A stretch of DNA of 64,000 nucleotides from the human T2T-CHM13v2.0 reference genome, Homo sapiens: NCBI RefSeq assembly GCF_009914755.1, contig NC_060929.1; one strand, written 5' to 3'. Below the pieces are notes generated by a model. The model searched no databases and was not told the DNA's origin. It worked only from the letters and a program-made list of their open reading frames with translations. Each line of letters starts with the position of its first letter. Position 1 is the first letter of the stretch. Below, piece by piece: positions 27,741 through 42,115 of this stretch. Position numbers and translations under genes: made by a program.

Positions 27741-28909
27741 TTCAGAAGACACTCTGGCTTTAGTTCTCCTTATGCACTCACGACTGGGGTTGTCTGGGCT
27801 CGAGGGACCTCAGAGCCTCTTAGGGTAATGTGTGTCCTCTGGGATGACATTTCTTGGACAATTTCCCTTCTCCTCTGAAATGTGAGCTTCATTCATGGTA
27901 AATGAGTAAAAATCTGCCTGGAATTACTTACAAGGGTGAAGAATGAACATATTAACAGGCTATAGATAATAAGAAAGTCCTTTAAAAATGAATGTGGTGG
28001 CTGCCAAATCAATTTGTGCAAAATAACGGTAGACAAGGATGAGCTGCGGCTGACAGGGAGCAATTAAGTTTTGTAATTTTACCTTGAATTATTAATTTCA
28101 AGAAGGGTTGCTTCTCTCACTGCAGTCTACATCTTCGCCCTTTGAGAGTCGGGTGGAAGGCACTGTGGGTGAGCCTCCATTTCCAGGTTGTTGAGAAACC
28201 ATCTCTCTTGGTTTCTTTTCTTATGCTTTCAGCTCTTCATTGGGGGTTGCACTTCATTTTCTTCTCACATTCACAACAAATTAGCCATACACATAAATAC
28301 AATAAAGGATACCTGTCCCAAGGAAAAGCATCCTCATCACATGTCATGGGCCAGTCCCTTTTACAAGGTGCTCCTGCACAGCCATGGCAGGTACTCATGT
28401 GTGTGCCAGACAGAGGGGAGTTTCTAAGCTAGGAAAAGTGGATTTGTGGGAAGTTGTTTTCCTCCAGGTAAAGATAAAGTGGCTTTGCTTGACTGGTTGA
28501 CTCATTGGCCAAACTAATGATGCTACTAACACCCTTGATCTTAGGATTAAGCATTGTCTGGGATATTTTGAGTCATGAAAGTTACCTTCCTACAGAGCCC
28601 AGCTCTAGGAAACCATCTTACAAATACATGTGCATCCCAAAGACGACCAGGAGAGTGAGGAAGGCTTGGCTCAACCCAGCCCAGTTGCTGACAAAGCCAT
28701 CAAAGTACAGGTCTTACTTCCAACAGTGGGTCAGTGGGAAGAACACAAACACCAGCGTCTCTCAAAGGGCTTGCCTTGATATTGCCGCCTCTCGGCAATT
28801 GAACACTTCTCCCGTTCGCCTGAACCCTCAGACTTCTTTGAAGAAACTCTTTCCACCTATCCAAGTGCACTAAGTTCCTGGCATATAAAATTAGATGTGG
28901 TTATTTTAT

Positions 28910-29130
28910 GAGGTGGTATCGTTTTGTGGAAAGTTGTTTTGGGGTGGGAGGTCAGACCAATTCGGGTTTTAATTTCATTTCAGTTACTTATTCGCTGTTT
29001 GACTTTGGCAAACTGACACAAGATCTCTGAGCCTGCTTCCTTGTCTGTGAAACTGGGCTAATGCTGCTGTGTGAGATGGTGGTGAGGGTTATAAGTGAGG
29101 AAGGTGAAGTTCCTAGCACAGTAGCTCACA
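28910..29130 (+). mobile_element. MIR
   Basis: TCAGAC..GGGTTTTAAT..TCTCTGAGCCT..CCTAGCACAGT. Confidence 0.65.
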
Positions 29131-29319
29131 TGGGAGAAGGTGGCTGGCACTGTGCTTCCAGGAGATGGAAGCACAGCCAAGTGGCCCAGAGGACAATTCC
29201 CAGCTAGCCCCAGAAATAACAGGAATCCTTCCTCCAGGGATCATAGCCTTCTGAACTGCTTCCCTCCTGCCTGCCCTTCTCTATGTTCCTCTTTCTTCAC
29301 TGTGGGTCAGGGAAAATAT

Positions 29320-29540
29320 CATGCATTCATTCACTCATTCATGTATTCAACAAATACCTCTGGAGCCTGCTGCCTGCCAGGAACTGCTCTAGGTGCTAGG
29401 AATACAGCCATAAGCCCAACAGAGTCCTGACCTCATGATGCTTATATTTTAGTGGGGAGTTAGGCACAGATGCAGTAAACAAAGAAGATACAACATCCAG
29501 TGGCGATAACTGCTATATAGTGAGATAAAGTGGCGTAAGA
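29320..29540 (-). mobile_element. L2 3' end
   Basis: CATTCATTCACTCATTC..CAACAAATA..TGCCAGGAACTGCTCTAGGTGCTAGGAATACAGC. Confidence 0.75.
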
Positions 29541-30679
29541 GCATATGATGGAGGTGACAGAAGCCTATTAACATCAACGGTGAGTATCTGATTTTTAGCA
29601 TCACCTGCACACACACACAGAGTAAGGAGGGTGGGTCCCTGAGTTTACAGAGCCCTGTTATGAGGAAGGAGCACTGAGTGAGGGGGACACTCACTCATAT
29701 GAAGGGACTGCATGGAGTGGGATCTAAGAGGTAGGAAGTGGTTGGAACTATACCCGCTGCAGAGTAGTTGAGGAAGAAAAGGGGAAAAGGCAGGTAGGTG
29801 ACATGAAGTAGGGAGAGAATGGGGAAGGAAGATGGCAGCTGCCATGTGGCAAGAGAGAGGGAGGCTTTGGAGATCTCTCAGTTGATGGAACATGCTTCTG
29901 GGTGTCCTCATGGAGCCTCAGGAACAATCTGCATGCCTCACTGATGCTTTTGCCGTCAGTTTTGGGTTTTTTAGACCTGGGACGCTTGACACTGACCACA
30001 AGGTGAGGGCCAGGCTGGATTTGTATGTTTGTTGTTTTAAGTAATCCAAACCTTATAAACACATGTAAGGAGAAAACCCAAGGCTCTTTCCCTGTTCCCT
30101 ATATTCCAGTCTCCAGAAGTGACTTATATTAGAAGGGAAATGTGAATCCTCTCTGATCCTTTCCTATAAATATACAAACACTCACCTATGCATAGTGTTT
30201 ACAAATAAATAGTGGCTTCCTTGTCTTTTTAAAAAAGAGATGTGATATCATAATTTCCCAGGGCCAAATAAAAAAAAATAACTACAAGAATATTCTAGTA
30301 CCAATCCTGCATCCTCAAACTGTAGCAGTTCTATAAAAAAGCCTATCTCTTCCTCCCACCGTCAAGCCCTTCTAACTTCTTAGCACACTCTGCCTCTGTC
30401 TGCCATTCTCTGCAAAGAAATGGTTTCTCCGGCAGGTATTGGCAGGCAAAATTATATCATTGCCTTTCCACCTATCCTACAGTCGTTAAGTAAGAGAGAT
30501 GCCCTTACTCCCGACCCTCTCACCTGAAACAGGGTAAGGAGAAGGGTGTAGAAACTAAATAATTCACCTTTTGGTGTACCCTGAAAGAGAGAGGAGATGA
30601 ATGATATGTCACCATGGAAATCAGGTTCTGTTTACTAGTAGCTTCCCCTACTTGGAGTGCATCAGGTTAGCCTGTAGGA

Positions 30680-30835
30680 CAGTGGCTGTCAGCCCTGGCT
30701 GCACATTGCAATCTCCTGGGGCTAATCAAATACAGATACCGGTGCCCCACCCCTAAGGATATGATTTCATTAGTTTGTGAGATGGGCTGGCATCCAAGGT
30801 CCTTCTAATGTGAAGGCAAAGATTGAGAGTGGCTG
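30680..30835. mobile_element. MER5B-like MITE
   Basis: CAGTGGCTGTCAGCCCTGGCTGCACATT..GATTGAGAGTGGCTG; TSD CTGTAGGA / CTATAGAA. Confidence 0.7.
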
Positions 30836-31964
30836 CTATAGAAGAGCTCTTTCTGGTAAATCAGTCATTATCCTGAGCATCAAGAGTCTGCATAAATAAA
30901 TTCAGAACTGTGTTTTGTTGTTAATATTGATACTGCATTCACCTGGGGAAGGAGGCTGCTTATTTGCCCACTTTTCAGAAACAATGAATCTTTAGTCCAG
31001 CTCCTTCCCTTTTCTTCCTTCGTTCGGCCTCCTTCCTTGTGAGGAGTAACAGCTGTAGAAGTCAGGGGACCTTACTGGCCGCACTAAGAGAGTACCTGTG
31101 TGTATCAGCCTTCAAGCAGTTTTGGGGTCAGACACCCACTTCTCAGACTTCCAGGCAGCTGCCAACCTTTGCCTTCCCTTCTTGGATTTCTTTCAACATG
31201 CAGATTTATGAGGTGGGGAATGCATGAGGGGTGGCTGGCGTCCAGACTTACTGTAACCAGAGAGAAATGAACAGAGCGTGCTCCAGGGGACATGCAGCAC
31301 TTCCTGAACAAACTACTGGTGTCGCCATTAATGCTACTGACTTAGGAACCTCATGTGCCTTTTTGTCTTTTTCTTCACTCAGCAGGACCGGCATCTATTG
31401 CTAATGTTAGGTTTAAGCATTTAGGGCAGAGCATGCCAATCTTCCCTTGATCCATACTGCTCATTGATCAGTGGTCACATTTGTAGCACACCTCATGTCT
31501 GTGGGAGGTAGCTGTGGGGTTGAGAACTGCTGAGGCAGGGGGTTGAGTGTTCCCAATTAGGGGTTGGCAGTAATCAGGTACTGGGGCGGGGCTTATGCCA
31601 CTTGCTTTATTGTTCACGTAATAACAGTGGACTTGGATTGTGAATTCCTTGGAACAAGAAGAGTCCCTTCTACTGTATTTACCCGGGAAGACTTCTCTGA
31701 TTTCCTGGGCTGATTTGCATTCCCCTCCTAGGTACTTTGGTAGTTGTCCCCGGAGTGGATCATAGCCAATACCACCCTGTGTTGTTCCCACTAATTTACC
31801 TATCCGCATGCCCGTGAATCACAAACCCTCAAGGGCAGGGTGTCCCCAGTGCCCACACCACACTGGTTTTGTAGTAAGAGGTGCATGCACATATGCTAGG
31901 AGATGGAATGCTTATCAGCACCCACATTTCTTCCAGCCTAATTGTATGCGCTACATTCACACAC

Positions 31965-32180
31965 ACCTGGATCTAAATCCTGCTCTTTGCTTCCAGGCTG
32001 TCTGACCTTGGGCAAGATACTTCCCCTTGCTAAGTCTTGTCTCCTTCCTTTCTAGGATGCAGCTGATGATAGGACTGAACCGATTGGGTGCTACGGAGTA
32101 TTAAATGTGATAGTATCTGCCAAGGGTTAGCACAGGGCTGCTCACGGGATCAGTGCTCAGTAAATGCTAGTTATCATGCA
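31965..32180 (+). mobile_element. MIR
   Basis: GCTGTCTGACCTTGGGCAAG..ATTAAATG..GTGCTCAGTAAATG. Confidence 0.75.
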
Positions 32181-34489
32181 ATCCTTATTGTTAGTTTCAT
32201 TATTATCTGTATGATAAATTGATTGTAGTGTCATCTGCAAATAGGTAAATAAAGCATTATACATTGCCAAAACAACTTTAACCACCTTACACTTGATATT
32301 TATTCTGATTAAACAACAATGACCTGAGAAAGTAGTATAGAAAGTGATTGTGCTATGCTGGATACAATATCAGCTAGAATGCAAACGTTAGCAGCCAACA
32401 TACTGACTGCAGCCATCTAAGATTCTTGGGAAGGCGGGAAAATTAATAGAAAGAGCACTGGAGAGGGAGTCCACGTGGGCAGGAAGCTAAGCAGCAGTGA
32501 AGACAGCGTGGCAAGATTTGGATAGAAGGACTGGCCAGCACTGTGGAGAGCCCTCTTAATTGGAGGGAGCAGCTGTGTATAAAGACAGTCTGCAGAGCAG
32601 CATGCCATTGCCGTTTCTGAGTAAATTTGTACACTGTTTGCTGTGAGTCACTGCCAAGATCCTCTCTTTTGTACATTATCAGATCAAAGCTTTAACTCGA
32701 CCAAAAAAAGGTCTCATCTCCCATGCCTGTGTAGGGAAACTGAATCTCACTTGCGCCCTTCTGCTCCCATGGAACCATCGCAGAGGCCTAGAATGCCCTA
32801 GCTTTCTTTCTCTTCTTGTGTGCTAAGTCACCAAAATCTGACATGCTGAACTGTCAACTTAATGGTGGAGTTCGGGTTGAGAGCTGATTTCTAAAACCAC
32901 TGCCACCTCTGGACAGCAGCCATTCGGATATCAGGTCAAGGTTTGGGAGACTATTAAGAAGCCAGCACCAAGACATGCTGGTGGAGAAGTCGGAGTTTTA
33001 TCACGTCCTACCTACTTTGCGGTGAAATGAAGGTCTTCATAGTGAGGTGGTGATGAACGTTGCCGATGCGGTGAAGTCATCCTTCATCACTGTGCTATTT
33101 TGCTTAGAGCTTCAACTGCTACATTATGTCTTAAAACTTGTCAAGTTGTGCACAGTACACTGACTTCATAGGAGAAAAAACGCGTTGTGTAAAAATATAA
33201 AAAATCAGACATTTCTGGTAGAACGAGACATTATAACTCAAAAGTCCTACAGATAAATAATAATTAGGAATGGCATTTACTCCACAGAGCAGGAAGAAAA
33301 CAACATTCTCTATCAGCTACATCCTCAAATGGTTACAGTTTCCTGTCTCTAACCACAACTAATAAAAGGCCAGGTACACAGCCTTTAGGAAGTTAACATA
33401 AATTTTTTCTTGGGGAGGTGGCATGGCGGTGGGGGGAACAACTGTAAAGATGTCTGTTTCTGTTTCCTAAGTATTTTTGCCAATAAAAACAAAATCGTTC
33501 CCCACTTGTTAGAAAATGTAACAAAACCACCTGTCTGCCCTTGAGGAGATGGAGAACAAAATCAACAATATTTGCATTTTGACTACACACAGAATTAATC
33601 CATAGAAGCAGAGGCATTTTTGAGGCCCAAGCGTGATAACACTTCCGTGCATGGTTCTACAGACAAGATAATGTCCGTGCTTCAACGACAGAGATGGGGC
33701 TAGGCTGCAGCAAGGGCAGTGGGTTCCTAGGGCAAAACATTTTAGGACGGTTATTCCTCATCCTCAAACTCTGAACTTATCTGGCCATTTTAGGAGAGGA
33801 AACTGAGGATCCAGGAAGTGAAGTGATTCTCAAAGGTATCACAGCTAGTCAATAGCAGATCCAGTACCCAGGGAGGGAAACAGCTGATTATAAGATAATC
33901 AAAATGAATAAACACATCTATTCTATCCTGTGTGTATTTCGATGGGCATGTTGGGGAGAATCATTGGTGATTCTCAGACTCCTTTTTTTTTTTTTTTTTT
34001 TTATGAATTAGCAGATCCTTGGATTTCACTGGAGAAACCAGTGTGGCTACTGATCCATTACAGAATCTAGCATTCCCCAGAGAGCAAAAACCTCCTCCTG
34101 GGGGGCGTGCTCCAGCCTATATAGATTTGGTGCACCAACACTGCACTGTCCTCATGAATGATCTCTGATCAGAGGATACTAATTAAGACGTGGCAATGCC
34201 CACTTAGTAAATTAGCTAAATTGACAAAACTCAATTTAAATAACAATTTTGTCTCTTGTGATAGAATTATAACGACACCCTTCACTTAATGAGCCAGACA
34301 CTTAATAATTCAAACATACTTACAGAAAAATCAAACAAAGCTTCTCAATCCCAGACTGGGTTTCCCACCACCTCTCCTGCCACTGCTTTGCAAAAATGGT
34401 AGCTTGAACACTGTGGAGGAGAGGCTGGGTATTTGGTGAGGAGGGAGGGGCTGACCAGTTTCTGGGCAGAGTAATTGGTAGGTGACTCC

Positions 34490-34720
34490 TTCAACAAACT
34501 TCCAGCCAGCTGCCTGTTTTTGTAAATAAAGTTTTACTGCGGCACAGATATGCTTATTTCTTTGTATAGTTGTCCAGAGCTGCTTTCAAACCACCATCAA
34601 AAATTTGAGGAGTTGAGTAGTGGTGACAGAGACCTTATGGCTTGAAAAGCCTTCAACATTTATTATCTGGCCCTTTAAGAAAAAAATCTGACCCTTTGAG
34701 AACAAGTTTGCCAACCCGTA
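34490..34720 (+). mobile_element. MER58A-like hAT-Charlie element
   Basis: GCCTGTTTTTGTAAATAAAGTTTTACTG..TATCTGGCCCTTTA..AAGTTTGCCAACCC. Confidence 0.85.
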
Positions 34721-34724
34721 GACT

Positions 34725-35070
34725 TGGGCTGCACCTTGGATCTATGGTTCCCTGGGTGTGCAACCTTGAATAGATACTTCCCACATCCCTGGCCTATGAT
34801 TTTCTTAAGTGTAAAATAGGGATGATACAAAGACTATCTCCTGAGACTGTGAGAATTAGGTAAGATGCTGCACGCTTATCTGTGCTTGGCACATAGTAAG
34901 TGTTCAATAAAAGGCTAATGAGATTAGTAAAAGCAATGATAATAGGAACATATATTGAGTACTTATATGTTCTAGACTCTGTGCTCAGTTCTTTATCTAT
35001 ATTAACTTGTTTAATCCCATAACAACCTATGAGGGAGATATAATTATTTTAATTTTACAAATGGATAAAG
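34725..35070. mobile_element. Tail-to-tail MIR pair (+ 34725-34915, - 34935-35070)
   Basis: TGGCACATAGTAAGTGTTCAATAAA, then antisense TATTGAGTACTTA..TTTAATCC..ATTTTACAAATG. Confidence 0.7.
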
Positions 35071-35688
35071 AGTATTTATTATTATTTTGTCTATTCTTCT
35101 AAATTCTCATTTAGTAACACTTTTGCCCAGTAGTAACTGCTCTCCTGGCTGGCAAGCTGCTCAAGGGAAGGTCCTGAGGGTCCTCATTGTCCCTGGACCC
35201 TAGACCTAAAGGCATGGATCATTCTATTGGTCACTGACAACACTGAAATCAAATATTTCTTCTCTCACGTGAGTGGTGGGTCCCTTTCTCCATTCTGCCT
35301 TTCCAGCCTCCCTTCTTTGTCTTTCACATCCTCTCCAGGCCTTTGCAGTGTAACAGGAGGTGGACATCACCCCCAGGTATGGCCAGACAGATAGTGAAAA
35401 CTCAGGCCAGTAAAAACTCAGAAATCCTGGGAGCCATTAAGTTTTGAAAGAGCCACATATTCATTTATTCAGTACACATCTATTGTGTGCCTAACATGCA
35501 CCAGCCATGGAGGTTATACTTGCAAGACAAAATGCTCCCTGCCTCTCTAAAGCTTGCAGTCTATTCAAGAAAAGTTTACAGCTACCGCACAGCTGCCACC
35601 TTAAAGAAATCTTTCTTTTTCTTTCTTCTTTTTTTTTTTTTTAGCACAAAAGTAAATGTGTTCTTCCTGGGATGTCCGTGTCCAAACA

Positions 35689-37116
<1,428 letters not shown>

Positions 37117-37667
37117 ATATATATGTTTTCATATAAAATTAATATACTTAAAGTTCTTATAAGGAACTCAGCTCTATATTAAGGTCCCTAAAAAATATAA
37201 GAAAGGTAAAAAAAGTCAACCTAGAGTTAGCTCCTTCTCTGTGTCAGGCACTGAATAAGGTACTTTGCCCTCTTCAGCTCATTAATTTCTTACCACAAGA
37301 GTTGATCATTTCCCATTTTATATGTGGAAAAACAGAGATTCTGAGTGTTTAAGTGTCTTGCTTAAGGATAGTTGGCTATGAAGAGGCAGAGTCATCTTTC
37401 AGATCTTACCTCCAAACCCCAACACCTCCCATTCCCCAGGGAGTTTTCTCACTGTGTCATCTAGAGCCCTGGTGACGGCTGTGGGTGGGGAGAGGGGTGA
37501 TTAGGGTCCCATGGTCCCCTCCGTCTATTGAAGTAGCGCCTTCTTCCACAGTTTTCTGTGTGTGTATTCTACAGATCTTTAGAAGGGACCTGCTGCTTTA
37601 ACAATGAAGGTAGAACTGTGCTGAGAAGTTGGTGGTCTTTATGGAGTGCCAGCTGTGTGCCAGACTC

Positions 37668-38378
37668 TGATCACTCTCAACCAGGGGCAATTTTGTCTCT
37701 CAGCAGACATTTAGCAGTGTCTGGAGGCATTTTTGTTTTTCACACCTTGAGTATTGCTATTGGCATCTAATGCAATGGTCTCCAACCTTTTTGGCACCAG
37801 GGACCAGTTTCGTGGAAGACAATTTTTCCACAGACCGGGAGGAGGATTCAAGCACATTACATTTATTGTGCACTTTATTTCTATTAGTATTATATTTTAA
37901 TTTATAATGAAATAATTATACAACTCACCTTAATGTAGAATCAATGGGAACCCTGAGCTTGTTTTTCTGCAACTAGACAGTCCCCTCTGAGGGTGATGGG
38001 AAACAGTGACAGATCATTAGGCATTAGATTCTCATAAGGAGCACGCAACTTAGATCCCTCACATGCACAGTTCACAATAGGGTTTGTGCTTCTGTGAGAA
38101 TCTAATCCCACCACTGATCTGACAGGAGGGGGAGCTCAGGCAGTAATGTGAGTGATGGGGAGCAGCTGTAAATACAGATAAAGCTTCACCCACTCACCTG
38201 CCACTCACTTCCTGCTGTGCAGCTCGGTTCCTACCTGGCCACAGACTGGTACCAGTTCATGGTCCAGGTGTTGGGGACCCCAGATCTAGTGGGTAAGGCC
38301 AGGAATGCTGCTGCTAATCATACAGTGAGCAAGAATTGTCTAATAGAATGCCGATAGTGCCATGGCTGAGAGACCCTG
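37668..38378 (+). mobile_element. MER20 split by MER1A
   Basis: 5' part to TGGCATCTAATG; 3' part resumes ATCTAGTGGGTA..GGCCAGGAATGCTGCT..TGAGAGACCCTG. Confidence 0.8.
37773..38283. mobile_element. MER1A (hAT-Charlie), near full length
   Basis: TIRs CAATGGTCTCCAACC / GTTGGGGACCCCAG; 511 bp; 8-bp TSD ATCTAATG (37765-72) / ATCTAGTG (38284-91). Confidence 0.88.
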
Positions 38379-38596
38379 TTCCATACTAATTCTTAGATAA
38401 ACAGAGGTGAGAAAAACAGACAGAAAGCCTGCCCTCATGAAGTGTGCTTCAGTGGGGTAGGCAGATATTAATCCAGTCACCCACGCTGAGTCTTTAATCT
38501 CACAAACTGAAGCCGCGCCCCGAAGGGAAAGCACAGGGTGTCGGGAGAGCAGATAACAAGGATCCCTTGTCTGTGAGCTCCAGAAAGGTGCTTTTT

Positions 38597-38818
38597 AAAT
38601 TTATTTATTTATTGTTATTATTATTTTTTGATGTGGAGTTTTGCTCTTGTTGCCCAGGCTGGAATGCAATGGATAATCTCGGCTCACTACAACCTCTGCC
38701 TCCTGGGTTCAAGCAATTCTCCTGTCTCAGCCGCCCAAGTAGCTGGGATTACAGGCCTGTGCCCCCAGGCCCAGCTAATTTTGTATTTTTAGTAGAGACT
38801 GAGTTGGTCAGGCTGGTT
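38597..38818 (-). mobile_element. 5'-truncated AluSp/Sq-like element
   Basis: TGCTCTTGTTGCCCAGGCTGGAATGCAATGG; right arm plus linker only. Confidence 0.85.
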
Positions 38819-40769
38819 AGAGAGGCTTCTGTCTGAAGGCAGAGGGCAGGTGGAGTGGGAGTGGTGTAGGCACAGGTTACTGCAGGTGCAAAGGCCCCAT
38901 GGAACCAGGGCAAGTGTCTGTTGGAAGGCCTGTGGGCTAGAAAGGAGAGTGCAAGAGGTGGGCTGCACAGTGATGGAAAGAAGAACCAAATCTGGCAGAA
39001 CTTTGGCCATCTTAAGGAATCTGGACTTGATTAAACTAAGAGCTGTGGGGACCGTGACGGCTCCTCCAGCAGGGTATGGCATGATTTTATTGGAACTGGA
39101 AAAGATCACGCTGACTGTTATGTGGAAAACAAACTGGATGGAGCAAGAGTGGCCCTAGGGAACCAGCAGACATCGAATACCACACGCTTTCTTGCATTGC
39201 AGGGATGGGACAGGGGCATTCCCCTCCAGAATAGAACCCCACTTCCCTGGGGCTGCCAATTTTGGTTTGCGTTAACAGCAGGGTCACGCTGCATCAGGAA
39301 CTCTGTCACCTATAAATGTCAAGTCCCATCCTTTCTCCCAATTTAAAAAACACACACCATTCAGAAGTAAAACTGTATTATATCATTTCAGTTTCACATC
39401 TGTTCTGTAGTTGCAAAATAACAATTCCACTGCTGTCGTTAGCCTGAACGAAAACAGTTCGACATGAGAAGGATGTGGGCCTGTCTCTAATTTCTTTTTT
39501 CTTTATTGACCTTTTCCAAGGTATCAGGAAGCAGATTCTCTCATTAAGATGTTGACACCTGAGAAAGTCTGTAGCATATCTTATTTATGGCAGTGTGTGT
39601 ATGGGTGATGGAGAAGGGAGTTTAAAAATCAACTGTCAAGGCAATAAAAATATTATCTTCCTTGGTCTATTCTCTCTCTGCAATGACTTCTGACTTCTCT
39701 GAATCATGAAGTGGATCCATGCCTCTCCCATGGTCTAATTAACTTAGAGGGAGACTGGGTAGGAGGAGAAATATGTAAAGATGCCCAGAAACACAAGTTT
39801 GTGGAGCTGACACAATTCATTTCTGATTAGCAACAGTTCATGCACTCGTCCATGAGCCACACAGATGTTCAAGTGGGTTGTCTTGAGGTATTGGGAAATT
39901 ATCATAAATTTGAACTCATTTGCAAGGATCTATTTCCATATTTTACAGAAAATTGTAATTTTCCCTCCCAAGTTCCCTCCATTGTGAGGAGGAGGAATTT
40001 TTCACCAAGATGGTGCTGGCTCTGCTGGAAGCAGCTCTTATGAGTTGAGGATGCAGGGCGGTCTGGAGTTGGCCTTGGCCCTGCAAGCAGTACAGAGAAA
40101 TAGAGGACACAGCTCCTGCCCTCCACATTGGTCGGAGAGACCACGAGGGTTCAGGAAACAGAGATCACCAACTAGCCTGCTCAAAGGTTAACTGTCAGGA
40201 ACCTCAGTCTTTGTTGCTTCCAAGGCTTGGTCTGAACTCTTCCTTTCAGCCTTGACCACTGTGTGTGCTCGCCTCTGAACTCAGATTTTCTTACTCAGCT
40301 GAAATAAAGAATGACAATAATCCCTTCACAATGTCATTAGGATTAAATGAGAGACTCTATGTAAAACACCTGGCAAATCGTATGCGTGGGACAAACATGG
40401 TTGTTGATATCAATAGCTAAAAAAGAGGAATAAGTATAGGAATGTGTTGGGCTGGGCTGGAGGAACCTGCAGGTCTTTGGAACGCTCTGCAGCTTCTCTA
40501 TTCCATTCAATGGAAATATCATTGAGTTTTCCCCACACCCAGGCCATCAATGTCTCTGCTTCCTAAAGTACCCGTGTGAAGTTGAGTTTCAGCTTTGGAG
40601 CATGCTTCAGGAATTTGAATTGGATGAATAGGTTTTAAAATATTCATTGGTACATTTCCTTTGAAGAAAACCCAGGATTCTGGGTTGGATTTATCTTGAG
40701 GAATAAGCAGTAGCTGTCTAAAGGTTGATCCCACCCTGAGATCCAGGCCCTGTGGACAGGCAATACTTA

Positions 40770-41065
40770 GGTCCTGGACCTGTGGCCCGCGGGCCATATT
40801 CTACACAGGAATATGGCCCAGACTTTTAAAAAATGTGAATCCTTTCTAACATTTAAACTCTAGGAGTTTTCACATAAAAAGATTTTAGGGCCTCTCTTGA
40901 GAAAACAGAAGGTCCCACATTCCCATACAAGTCCATCCCACGTTGATGGAGAGTTGCCGTTTTCACAAGATTACACATGCTATTTGGTTACCCTCACCTC
41001 CTGGCTTGTCTATTATATTAATTTATCTGCCTGGCCTCATCAGGCATTAGAGTTTGCAGATCTGG
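40770..41065 (-). mobile_element. MER102-like hAT element
   Basis: TTTCACATAAAAA..CCCACATTCCCAT..CAGGCATTAGAGTTTGCA. Confidence 0.6.
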
Positions 41066-41068
41066 GGG

Positions 41069-41255
41069 CAGTGGTTCTCAAGGTGTGGTCCTGGGATCAG
41101 TGGAATCAGCATCACCTGGGAGCTTGTTAGAAATGCACATTCTCAGGCCCTTCCCAGGCCTACTGATTCAGAACAGTTGACGGTAGGGTCCAGGGACCTG
41201 TGTTTTAGCCAGCCCCCAAGGTGACTCTGACGCTCATTAAGTTTGAGAATCCTTA
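41069..41255 (+). mobile_element. MER5A
   Basis: CAGTGGTTCTCAAGGTGTGGTCC..CAGCATCACCTGGGAGCTTGTTAGAAATGCA..AAGTTTGAGAA. Confidence 0.88.
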
Positions 41256-41439
41256 CCCCATGGTAAGGGATGAGCACTGGAAAATGAAGGGAACTGCTTC
41301 TAATGTCATCTTTGCCACTTAATTCAGTGGAAAAATTTAGAAAAGCCACTTTGCTTTCTTATTGTCTCTGTAAAGTGGTAAGAGTGGGCTAATAGCATGG
41401 TGTGACTCTATAATTCTCCAGGTCTGTGGACTAAGAATT

Positions 41440-41615
41440 AGTATTTATAAAGTGCTGACCATGTGCCAGGACCGGGGTAAGCACTTTACCTGGATTATGT
41501 CATTTAACACTAACCATGGCTCCCTTTGAGGACTGATTTTATGGATGGAGAAATTGAGGCTCAGGGGCGTGAGCTGCCACACCAAAGGCCCTGCCTTTGA
41601 GTGCCCTGGATTTAT
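41440..41615 (-). mobile_element. MIR
   Basis: ATGTGCCAGG..AAGCACTTTAC..TCATTTAA..GAAATTGAGGCTCAG. Confidence 0.75.
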
Positions 41616-41949
41616 GTAACTGAGAGCTGGTGAGCCCCAACTCCCTGATATTCTATTTCCTGTGACCTGCCCATGCACAGAGGTGTCTGAAAGGTGATGA
41701 CGGCAGTGTGGCCGGCACCTCAGAACAAAGCTGGCAGGTCCTTCAAGGCAGGCAGAGGCATGTTCTACCAAACAGAAAGGATTATCAAAAATAGAACGTG
41801 GCAGCCGTGGCCTTCTCCAGCCCCAGTTGCAAGGAGCCAGCCGTGACTCTGGAGAGATGCTGAAGGAGGCAGGAGATTTGGAAAGGGAGGGAGGGAGAGC
41901 AGCCAGGCCTGTGCAGTGAATACCAGGGAGGCTTTGAAACTCCCCCGTC

Positions 41950-42115
41950 CTCAGTGGAATCCCAGCCATCCCTTATGGAGTGACCTTGGGAGAGCATTTT
42001 AATACCTCTGTGCCTTGGTTTCCTCATCTGAGAAATGGGGACAATCCCCACTTCACAATGATTGGGAGCAAACAGGTTAATGAAAAGCATCTGGGATGCT
42101 GTAAACAGCTGAACA
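41950..42115 (+). mobile_element. MIR
   Basis: GTGACCTTGGG..CCTCTGTGCCTTGGTTTCCTCATCTG. Confidence 0.75.

Larger units (their letters stand above)
37635..39160 (-). mobile_element. L2 fragment hosting MER20, MER1A and an Alu piece
   Basis: TGTGTGCCAGACTCTG before MER20; ACAGACAGAAAGCCTGCCCTCATG after; AAAGATCACGCTGACTG distally. Confidence 0.65.

Noticed and set aside
41445-41969. 174-aa ORF
   Set aside because: Both ends lie in MIR remnants; no recognisable homology
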